Below are positions 11,801-23,914 of a DNA stretch of 64,000 nucleotides, piece by piece. Every line of letters starts with the position of its first letter. Position 1 is the stretch's first letter. The position numbers and the translations under genes are program-made. The notes beneath the pieces were generated by a model. The model saw only the letters and a list, made by a program, of their open reading frames with translations. It searched no databases and was not told where the DNA came from. Origin of the DNA: Octopus sinensis (Eukaryota); contig NC_042999.1 of NCBI RefSeq assembly GCF_006345805.1, positions 75,020,001 through 75,084,000 on the forward strand, read 5' to 3'.

Positions 11801-14128
11801 AAAAGATGTACCCTGATGTGTTTTCAAAAGAACTCGGTATGTGTAAAAAACTTTATTTTAAACCACATACCAATATTAATGTATTTTGCTTATTTTCTTT
11901 ATTTTACAGACACAAACAAATACTTATACATTTATTCAAGAACAAATACTGAAAATGCAAACTTTCAAATACAGTCACCTCAAGCAGATGTGAAGGAAAA
12001 TTCTAGTGTCACCTTCAAATACCGAATGAGAGGAAATATGAAAGAGTTTGCACTAATTACTTATGACTCTTATTCACGGAATGAATTGTGGTCTTCAAAT
12101 TTTAATGATATTAAAAAATTCACCACAGCATGTGTAGATTTCCCAGTTTCAACAAATTTCGGGCTGATCTTTCAGATGACAGCAAATGTTAATTCCAGAG
12201 GGAACACATATGGATACCTGGATGACATAGAAGTCCACAATGAAACATGCAAATGTAAGATTTAAAATATCTTCATTTTAAATTGAATTTCTTTTCAATT
12301 TTATTCAAATTATTTTTCCTGATATTTTTAAATCCATTTTCCCATTCTTGCATTGTCAGGGTTGTTTTGTTGCAGCAATTATTTTTACAATTCTGGATTC
12401 TCATCTTTGTTTGAAAACAGAGTGGCATCTGTTGTGAGACAATTAGAGTTATGTGTCCTGATCAGGAGTACAACACAATGGCTGAAGTGAGGTTTAAATA
12501 TATAACCTTATGATGATCATCATCATTTAATATCCACTTTCTTTGCTAGCATAGGTTACATGGTTTGGCTGGAACTGGTAAACAGGAGAGCTGCACCAGG
12601 TTCCAGTCTGATTTGGCATGGTTTCTACAGCTGGATGCCCTTCCTAATGCCAACCACTCCAAGAGTGTAATGGGTGCCTTTTACATGACACCAGTAACAT
12701 CCATGAGTACAAATTCATGGGTGCCATTTACAGGATGCTGGCAATTGTCATGATTATGGCTTCACTTGACTTAACGAATCTTCTCAAGCACAGCATATCA
12801 CCAATGTCTTGGTCACTTGACATCATCTCTGTGAGGCCCAACATTCAAGGATCATACTACTAGCAACATTCATGGATACAATTTGGCGGGAGCCGTTTAC
12901 ATGATGCCAGCAATATCCACAACAATGATTTCACTTGGCTTGATGAGTTTTCTCAAGCAAAGTATATCACCAAGGTCTCTGTCACCAGTCATCACCTCCA
13001 TGAGGCCCAGCACACAAAGATCATGCTTTACCACCTTGTTCCATGTCTTCCTGAGTCTACCTCTTCCACAGTTAGCGATTGGCACTTCTTTACACAGCTG
13101 TTCTTCTCCATATGCATCATATGACCATGCCAGTGCATTTGTCTCTCTTGCATGCTACATCTGATGCCTTTAATGCCCAGTTTTTCTCTCGAGACACTTA
13201 TGCTTTGTCATTCATGCACACTGGTATTGCACATCCAGCAAAGCATACTAGCTTCATTTCTTTCAAGCCTTCACATGCCCTCTGCAGTCACAGCTCATAT
13301 TTCACTGCCTTATAGCATGGCAGTTCATGCACAGGCAACACACAGTCTGCCTTTCACTCTGAAGGAGAGGGCCCTTGTTACCAACAGAGGTAGAAGCTCT
13401 GTGAACTTTGCCCAGGTTATTCTTATTCTAGCAACTACACTCTCAGATCATCCACTTTCACTGCTGGCTTGGTCACCTAGATAATGAAGACTATCAACTT
13501 CTAGGTATCTCCCAAGCATTTGATGACGTCTATTTTCTTTATGTTTCTAATGTTTATTGTACTTGTGCATCTGCCACACACAAAATCTATTTTCCTTCCT
13601 AACCTTCCTTTGATATTACTGCACCTCTTATGTGTCCAAAGCTTTCACCAGGTACATTTTATAGAGTTTCTATCTACATCTTTTCTACATGTTGAGCAGG
13701 GTTTTTGACTTGTTTGTTTTCTTACTCCCTCATGGAGGCCAGATAACTGCTCTGGCAACGATCACGCTTGGATGATGCCTTTAACACCCTACTAGCATGG
13801 GGCTAGAGTGCCAGTAAGGCAACGCTGGTAACAATCACACTCGAATGGTGCCTTTTATGTGCCACTGGCATGGAAGCCAGTTAGCTGCACTGTGAACGAT
13901 TACATTCGTATGCTGCTCTTTGCACCCCACTAGCACGGGTGCCAGTCATCGAATTTGATTTTGATTTTGATATGTATATATATATATATATATATACATA
14001 CATATGTATGTATATATATATATGTGTGTATATGTATGTATGTATATATATGAATGCATATGTATGTAAATATATATGCATTTATGTATATGTATGTATA
14101 TATATATATATATATATGCATTTATATA

Positions 14129-14183
<55 letters not shown>

Positions 14184-14807
14184 TTATATACATAAATGTA
14201 TAATGGTGTCTGTCTGACTATGTGTTAATGATTTTTGGCACATAGGTAGATCACATGCTCTTCGAAAACTTGATAATGCTCAGTTAGCATCGATTTTTGT
14301 AAGCTCAATCGGGCATTTGAATAGAAATTCCTGTAAAAATTTTATTTTTCTTGCAGCTTTTGCATTTTTGTCCGATTTTGATAGCAAATGGTCATGTAGA
14401 TTCTATTTTATGACATAACCTTAACACTTTTCTTTGGATTTGGCTGAGATTGGACACGCTGATCAATTTTGTACAGAGGGTAGCATTAAAGGGAGAGAAA
14501 TAAACCAACATCACTCTCAATGGGTCGAGGTACACCCAAAAGTTTGACTGAAATTTTTGATGGTCCAGTATGTAGGAGTATGTCAAAAGTGTTTACTGGG
14601 AAAAATCCCGGCCGAACCAGATATAACATCTTAATGGGTAATAGTTGACATGGGGAATGTACAAGATTTGAATACAAGGTCAAAGGTGGACTTAACTTTA
14701 ACATGGAAAACACAAGCAATGCTGGGTCTAACAGCTAGTATGTATGTATGTATGTATGTATGTATGTATGTATGTATGTATGTATGTATGTATGCATATA
14801 TATGTAA

Positions 14808-14846
<39 letters not shown>

Positions 14847-17649
14847 TATATATATAAGTATATATGTAAGTATATATATATATAAGTATATATATAAGTA
14901 TATATGTATAAGTATATATGTATAAGAATATATATTTATAAGTATATATATGTATAAGTATATATATGTATAAGTATATATGTGTAAGTATATATGTATA
15001 AGTATATATACATATATATATATAAATAAATATATATGCACATGTATATATATATATTTACGTGTGCATGTTTTTGTGTCTGTGTTTGTCCCACCACCAC
15101 TTGATAACCGGTGTTCATGTGTTTTGCATCCCCATAACTTAGCTGTTTGGCAAAAGAGATTGATAGAATAAGTACCAAGTTTAAAATATAAGTACTGGAG
15201 CTGATTCATTCAACTAAAAAAAAAATTCAAGGTTGTGCCCCAGTCTAATGACTGAAAGAAGTATAACCACTGTGGGTTATGAGTTTTTGATAAGTTAACT
15301 ATGGCTGGTTTGTCTTGAAGCAGCTGCATGATGGTTATACATTAACTGGTCTAGTCTGTGTGCCTGGTGTGATTGTAGGTAAACTCTTGATAAGAAGAAC
15401 CAGGTAAATTTAATGGAACTGTTCTTTATTGCGACCATTATAAAAATACATGGCAAATGTCTTACGCATTGATAATTAACTGGTTTGGTAATTCATGGCC
15501 TGGTTCTGTGAGCTGAGCAGTATAGTTCTGTGCTCTGGGCAGTGTAGTTCTGTATTCAGAGCAACATAGTTCTGTGTTCTGGGCAGCATTGTTCACAGGA
15601 AGATGTCCCTTTGGTTTGCAATCTCCTCTCTATCTCCTGCTGTAGCATGAGGGAGCATTTTTTATATAATGGCTGATAGACAGGAGGGGAATTTTTCTGT
15701 GTTGGGAAAAATATCTGTTGCTCAAACAGTTTTAGAACTAGTTTAGTTGCTTAAATTTATATATGTTGCAAGCTTGAATTTATATGTATTGTGAGCAGAG
15801 ACAAACTACTACCATCTCTAGCTGATGAGATGTCCTGTACTGAAGGTAGGTAGAAAATAACATGAAGCCAGCTGGTCTACTGATCCCATCACTAGTGGTA
15901 GGGGTTCGCTCCCCTGCTCACAATATATTGGATGCAAGTGTGCATCATTAACCAGCTACATGAAATGTCCTCTCAGAGTAATCAATAGAACAGCTATGTT
16001 GAAGTGGCAACAAACATTACTTGTCAGTACAGCTACTACATTCGTCTCTAACAGAGATTTTAGAACTAGCTTATTTTACATGACTTACTCAGAAAAAATA
16101 ATGACTGAACCTAGTATGAGTTTTGACAAATAAGAATTCCATTTGTCTGATTGATAAAGCTACCACCTCATTGTCTTTTAGTATAAATTGTTGAACATTC
16201 CTTAAACTCTTGTACCTTTAACACAATCCTCCAGTAGACTCTGTATAATATTGTCTGGTAAGACTGCATCCTAGTACAATTATCCATTAGAGAGCTTTCC
16301 ACATATGTTTCCATCTACAAGTTTCATTCAGAATGGTTGAATCAATCCAAAGATTTGAAGCAGAAACTTTCTCTACATGCCAAGAAAGTAGAATAGAATC
16401 GAAAATCTTTTGTTAGAGAAGTGAACTACTTAGCCATTCAGCTATGCACTCTCATACTTAAGCATATATCAATTTTGTCCAAACCAAGAGTCCATAGTTT
16501 CAATTTTATCATCAGATCATTGAATTTTCAATTATTCTACTAAAAGAGTTTTTAGGAATATATTTATTCTAATACTAAGTAATCATAGTTAATCTTTTAC
16601 ATCACCTACCAAACTTCTAAAAATATTTAAAATGGTTGAAAATTACAGAAGAAATTAGATAGAAAGCTTATATAGTATAATGCATGAGTTATTTTTTAAT
16701 AATATGAATGCATAATTTTAAAGAAAGAATAATGATAAGTAACAATAAAAAAATCCATTCAATATTTTGTCTTTGATAAATTCTAAACGTGAAATAAAAT
16801 CTTTAAAATGAAATTTCAGTTGTACACAATATCAAAAACTATCATGCAAAGTTCCAAAGATATAGGGTATAAGGGCAGTGAATGACATTGATATTAACCA
16901 ATAGATTCTTGAGACCTTTTGAAGTTCTTTACAATTGCTGTAAATTTTTTACAATTTACAAGTTTTATATTTTATATGATTGATTCTTTTTTAATATGCA
17001 AATTTATATTTTTATTTACAGTCATATCAAAAACTGTAATGTGGGTTAAGGTCTTCAAGGGAAATGTAATACTATCAATTTAATATTTTCATTTCTTGAT
17101 TTGAACTTATTAAGCTTAAAATATTGAATAAATTTACCATTGTTATTACACATTCTTACACTTTCATTGTCCAAATCTTATATTTCAAGTAAACTATTTG
17201 ATGATTTAAATAAACTATATGATTTTACATTTTGTCTTGTCCTTTGTAAATTTACTAATGTTATTGATCATGTGTTTCAACAGTGGGTCTTACATACCAT
17301 TTTTGCAAATTCAAAGAAGTACATCTGTGTAATTTCCATGTTGAATGTCCAGAGAATACCAGATATAACTGGAGCCAAGGTTTTTCTTCAGATTACCGTG
17401 ATATTCCACATCATCGTGGCAACCCATGTAAGTCAGATATTATAATGCATTATTATATATTCTGTAAACTATTATCAAATAGTTGTTATTAAGGTTAAGA
17501 TACCTCCAGTAAAATTTCCTCTTTAAAAAATCCATTATATTTTGACATTTTACTAAATTTGAGATATTTATAGTGCTTCTCCTACTCCTCCAACTGCTGC
17601 AGCAACTACTACTACTACTACTTACAGTTGCTACTACAACAGCAGAAAC

Positions 17650-17680
<31 letters not shown>

Positions 17681-19757
17681 AATGCATTCAGGACACATGG
17701 CCTAGTGGTTAGGGTGTTGCATTCATGATCATGAGATCATAGTTTCAGTTCCTAGACTGGATGGTGCATTGTATTCTTGAGCAAAACACTTCATCTCACG
17801 TTGCTCTGTGAACACTTCGACACCAGACATGTTGTACACCATGCATCTGTTCAGCAAATGTCGATTGAATGGAGGGAGGGAGCTTATGTACAGCACAAGC
17901 ATTTGATTACTATAAACAATTCATTTGTGCAGGACATTCAGCAAAAACTGAACACATATACATCATCTTCCACAGGAGAGTCCATCATACGTTAACATTC
18001 ACAATCAAAATAAGAGAAGGAAGAGGAGGAAATAATGCTGTCATTTGTTCTTATAGTGTTCCTTATCAACTACTTTTTTGGCAATAAAAGAAACTAGTAA
18101 TGAACATGTCATTGTTTTGTCCTTTAATTCCCATTTTCTTGCTTTTCTTTCAGACTATTACATGTATGTTGATTCTATAAATGGCAAACCTGAAGACGTG
18201 ACACATCTTTCTTTTCCAAATGTTGAACCCCCAGCAGACCATAGTTTATACTTTGATTATTATCTCCAACAAGGCTCTGGCAAACTTCAGGTATGGTCAA
18301 ATAGTTTTTCTCTTTAAATCATCACTATATTCACAGAGAAAAATGTTTTCTGGCAAGGGTTGGACAGTGTGACCAGGGCTAGCAATCTGGAAGGCTGCAC
18401 TGGACTCCAGTCTGATTTGGCATGGTTTCTATGGCTGGATGCCCTTCCTAATGCCAACCACTCTAATAGTGTAATGGGTGCTTTTATCTGCTACCAGCAC
18501 AGGTGCTATTTGAGCGACACCAGTATCTGACATGACTATGATTTTACTTGATGAGTCTTCTTCTCAAGCATGGCATGATGTCAAAGGTCTCAGTCATTCA
18601 TCATTGCCTCCATGAGGTCCAGCACTTGAGAGGTGTTTTACATGTGCCACTGGCATTAGCCGCCCTGCCTCTGTGATGCCCAATGCTTGAATGCTTTTTA
18701 TGTGCCATCAGCATGGGTACCAGTTATGTGACACCAGCATTGGCCACAACCACGATTTCACTTGGCTTGATGGGTCTTCTTGTGCACAGCATATCACCAA
18801 AGTTCTAGGTCACAAGTCACTGCCTCTGTAAGGTCCAAAGTTCAAAAATCATGTTTTACCATCTCATTCCATGTCTTCCTGGATCTGCCTCTACCACAGG
18901 TTCCCTCCACTGTCAGAAATTGGTACTTCTTTACATAGCTGTCCTCATCCATACACATCACATGACCATACCAGCAGAGTCGTCTCTCTTGCATACCACA
19001 TCTGATGCCTCTTATGGTCAATTTTTCTCTCAAGATGCTTATACTCTGTTGTACATGCACATTGACATTGCACATCAAGCAAAGCATTCTGGCTTCATTT
19101 CTTTCAAGCCTACACATGTTCTTGGCTGTCACAGCCCATATTTTGCTGCCATGTAGCATAGCTGTTAACATACATGCATCATACAATCTGCCCTTCACTC
19201 TGAGGGAGAGGAACTTTGGTGTTACTGAGGTAGAAGTTCTCTGAACTTTGCCTAGCCAATTCTTATTCTCAATGCTATGCTCTCAGAGCACCACCTCCAC
19301 TACTAACTTGATCACCCAGATAATGGAAGCTATCTACTACTAGCTTACCCAGGTGGCAGTTGATAGCATCTATTTTCTGTACATTTTCAGTGTTTATTGT
19401 ATCTGTGCATCTTCCACACACAAATGCTATTTTCCCTGTTAACCTTCCTCTGATATTGTTGCACCTCTAATGTGCCCATAGTTAGGTTAACTCTAACACC
19501 TTTCGATTCTAGATATTGCTTTCATACCTGAAACATCTTCTCTAGTTCTGTTAGTGATATATAAAGAACACACCCATACTAGTACCATGTAGAAAGCATC
19601 CAGTATATTCCGTAAAGTGGATGATGTTAGGAAGGGCATCCAGCTATAGAAACCATGCCAAAATAGATGAATGGAGTCTGCTTCAGCCCTCTGGCTTGCC
19701 AGCTTCTGTCAAAACCGTCCAATCTATGCCAGCATGGAAAATGAATGTTAAATGATG

Positions 19758-19815
<58 letters not shown>

Positions 19816-22800
19816 TATTAGAGAAAAGAGACAGGCTTGGAAGGTCTGGAAAAATGGGGGTAGCAGGGAATTGTATCAGACTGCCAAAAGAGAAGCTAGG
19901 AGACAGGTTTATTTAGCCAGAGGGGAAGCAGATAAGAAAAGATTTGCCAATGTTCTGCGCCGTGAGGACCAAAGACTGGAGGTGTTTCGTGTTGCAAGAC
20001 AGTGTGTGAGAGAGAATCGTGATGTGGTAGGAGAGAAGTGTGTTCGCATGGAAGATGGTTCACTTGCGCTAAATGAGGATGCAAAGAGAGAGGTTTGGAG
20101 ATGCCACTATGAAAGGTTGCTGAATGAAGAAAATGAATGGGATAAAGAGAGTCTGCCGAATGTTGACCCAACAGAGGGACCAGCTATCCGAGTTGATAGT
20201 TCTGTGGTAGCTAAGGCAATTAGAAGCATGAAGACAGGGAAAGCCCCAGGCCCATCAGGAATCACTGCAGAGATGCTCAAAATGTCTGGTAGTGTCGGCT
20301 ATAGCCTAGTCACCCATATAGTTAATCAGGTGATACACAAAGGGGTCATACCCAATGACTGGTGTAGCAGTATAATAGTCAACTGCTACAAAGGTAAAGG
20401 TGATGCCCTAGATACAAATAACTACAGAGGTATCAAGCTGTTGGACCAGGTGATGAAGGTTACGGAGAGGGTCATAGCCCAACTAATTAGAGAGAGAGTT
20501 AGTTTAGATGAGATGCAGTTTGGGTTTCTGCCAGGGAAAAGTACTACTGATGCTATATTCCTGGTAAGGCAGCTGCAGGAGAAATACCTAGCCAAAGATA
20601 AGCCCCTGTACCTGGCTTTTGTTGACATGGAGAAAGCCTTCGACAGGGTCCCACGATCCCTTATCTGGTGGGCAATGAGAAAACTAGGGATAGATGAATG
20701 GTTAGTGAGAGCTGTGCGGGCCATGTATAGGGACGCCGCTAGTAGGGTGAGGGTTGGAAATGAGTACAGTGAAGAATTCCGGGTAGAGGTAGGGGTCCAC
20801 CAAGGCTGAGTCCTCAGCCCCCTCCTATTTATCATAGTCCTCCAGGCAATAACGGAGGAATTCAAGACAGGATGCCCTTGGGAGCTCCTCTATGCTGATG
20901 ACCTTGCTCTAATTGCTGAGTCGCTATCAGAACTGGAGGAGAAGTTTCAGGTGTGGAAACAAGGATTAGAATCGAAGGGCCTCAGAGTCAATCTAGCTAA
21001 AACCAAAGTCGTAATCAGTAGGAAGGTAGACAAATCACAAACACCTTCAGGTAGATGGCCCTGCTCGATCTGTAGAAAAGGTGTAGGTAGAAACTCTATA
21101 AGATGCACCAAGTGTAAGCTATGGACACATAAGAGATGCAGCAATGTCAAAGGAAGGCTAACTAGGAAGATGGTTTTTGTATGTGGCAGATGCTCAGGAA
21201 CAATAAACACTGAAAATGCTCTGAGACCAACTTCCGTCACTTTCCAGGGAGAAAAACTAGAAATAGTTGATAGTTTCCGTTACCTAGGTGACCAAGTCAG
21301 CAGCGGGGGCGGGTGTGCTGAAAGTGTAACTGCTAGAGTAAGAATAGCTTGGGCAAAGTTCAGAGAGCTCTTACCTCTGCTGGTGACAAAAGGCCTCTCA
21401 CACAGAGTGAAAGGCAGACTGTATGATGCGTGTGTACGAACAGCCATGCTACATGGCAGTGAAACATGGGCCGTGACTGCTGAGGATATGCGTAAGCTCG
21501 CTAGAAATGAAGCCAGTATGCTCCGATGGATGTGTAATGCCGGTACTCACACTCAGCAGAGTGTAAGTACCTTGAGAGAAAAGCTGGACCTAAGAAGCAT
21601 CAGTTGTGGTGTGCAAGAGAGACGTTTGCGCTGGTATGGTCATGTGGCGAGAATGGATGAAGATAGTTGTGTGAAAAAGTGCCACACCCTAGCGGTTGAG
21701 GGAACCTGTGGAAGAGGCAGACCCAGGAAAACCTGGGACGAGGTGGTGAAGCACGACCTTCGAACTTTAGGTCTCACTGAGGAAATGACTAGAGACCGAG
21801 ACCTCTGGAAGTGTGCTGTGCGCGAGAAGACCCGGCAGGACAAGTGAGTCCACAACCCGTGGCCTTCTACATGGGATGGAGCCAGCCTACGTATGCATAC
21901 CTTCCCTTCTTGGGACACAAAACTCTACTTGTGAAGACGTGTTGAGGCAAGTGAGGATCAGAATCGAAATCGATCAATGGAAATTGCGGATGTGCTACCA
22001 GTGCCGGTGGAATGTCGAAACTCTGCTTGTGAAGACCCATTGAGGCAAGTGAGGATCAGAATCGAAATCGATCAATGGAAATCGATCAATGGAAATTGCA
22101 GATGTGTTACCAGTGCCGGTGGCATGTAAGAGAACTTTCCGTTTCGCGACCGTTGCCAGCACCGCCCCGTTTCGTGTCCGTTGCCAGCCTCGCCTGGGCC
22201 TCGTGCCGGTGGCACATAAAAAGCACCATCCGTTCGTGGCCGTTTGCCAGCTCTATCTGGCACCAGTGCGGGTGGCATGTAAAAAGCACCCACTACACTC
22301 ACGGAGTGGTTGGCATTAGGAAGGGCATCCAGCCGTAGAAACACTGCCAGATTTGACTGGGCCTGATGAAGCCTTCTGGCTTCACAGACCCCAGTAGAAC
22401 CGTCCAACCCATGCTAGCATGGAAAACGGACGCTAAATGATGATGATGATGATGATGATATATACATACATACATACATACACATGCATAAAGAATTAGG
22501 AAAAGGAAAATTATCTGGTTAACCTCACCTCTCCCCATTTAACCTAAATGTTTCTAGTAGCATAGCCAGGGGCTTTCTGTCATTAAAGAAGAAACATTTC
22601 CCTAGAGGCCATACATAAGTATTACAAATTCTTCAACCCCCATAATGTCAAGGTGAGACGTAACACACAGCATCAAGTGGACTATTAACTGGTGCCACCA
22701 TATTCACCCTGTGTCCCTAATTGCCAGCTCTGCCTCTGTAAAAAACTGCATATCTTTTGCCAACCTGCAGTATTCATCAACAAGAAATATGATCTATTCT

Positions 22801-23820
22801 ATTGCTCTCACCAGACGTAGCCCTTCCAGTAAACTACTGGCTGCTGACAACTTAGATATACCTCCTCAGTACAAGCTCCTCCTCTGCACTACCTGCACCG
22901 AGATCACCATCACCAACCAAACCCGTGAGCAGGACTGAAATCATCAATTCCTAATGCTTTTCCATGCCTGCCTACTTGCATACTCTCACCTCTTGTACAT
23001 AACCATATGAGTTAATATGCATGCACATATACAACTTCACACCATATGCATGCACATGAATATATGTACAATAGTGTACATACACACATATACATACATG
23101 TGTGCATGTGCTTATTCATGTGTGTACTCATGCATACATGTCTGCATGTGCTCATTCATGTGTGTACTTATGCACACTTGTGTATGCATGCAATATGCTC
23201 TTGTGTGTGTGCACTTGGGGGTAGATACATGCAGGCATGTATATGTGTGCATGTATTTATATATATATGTGTGTGTGTATATGCATGTTTTCACATGTGG
23301 ACATGTATGTGTGTGTGCACATGCATGTGTGCATGAATGCATACATGTGTGTGTGTGTGTGCATAGATGTGAAGATGTACACCTATGTACATGCGCATAC
23401 ACTTGCATTAATACAGGTGCACTCACACAAAAGTATAAGCACATGTGACTGTACACCTATGCATATGCACATACACTTACATAAATGCAGCCACTCACAC
23501 ACATATATATAAGCACATACACACATATATACGTATATACTTGCACATCTACTGCCCCTTCCTACTTTCTTTTCGCCCCACCATCTGTGTGACCGATTTC
23601 CTGTCCATCAAGTAATTGTTATTGCTGAAATAGCAGCATCAAACGGTGATACCATGTGATCTTTTTCGATCAGTTGCAAGCTAATAGCCAGGATAAAACA
23701 GTAATTCTCTCCCATCAACGTCTTATTCTAATTCCAATGGCTGAAGGCTAGCAAGACTAGCATCATGCTTAAAACTTAAAGTACCAGGGAATTTGAATCA
23801 AAGTATTTGATCCACATATA

Positions 23821-23914
<94 letters not shown>

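Noticed and set aside
14200-14720. Non-coding stretch that feels like a non-autonomous DNA transposon (also about 44970-45240)
   Set aside because: I could not identify matching termini or a target duplication, so it is left unannotated.
13881-15209. Many ORFs rich in Y/I/C/V/H/T (also 2037-2222, 23017-23512, 33792-34079 and others)
   Set aside because: They are translations of (TA)n, (TG)n and (TATG)n microsatellites, with no splice or domain support.
15821-15860. CTGATGA hits as hammerheads or C/D boxes (also about 31254, 51014 and 61933)
   Set aside because: No properly placed helix II, GAAA and closing helix I could be found.
17022-17080. Possible extra exon after a strong tttacag acceptor
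   Set aside because: The phase-1 frame gives no MAM or LDLa motif and reaches a stop; the other frames stop sooner.
20807-20809. TGA as selenocysteine or programmed readthrough in the RTE ORF
   Set aside because: It replaces the conserved Ser of QGS by a single base change, so an ordinary nonsense mutation is the simplest reading.
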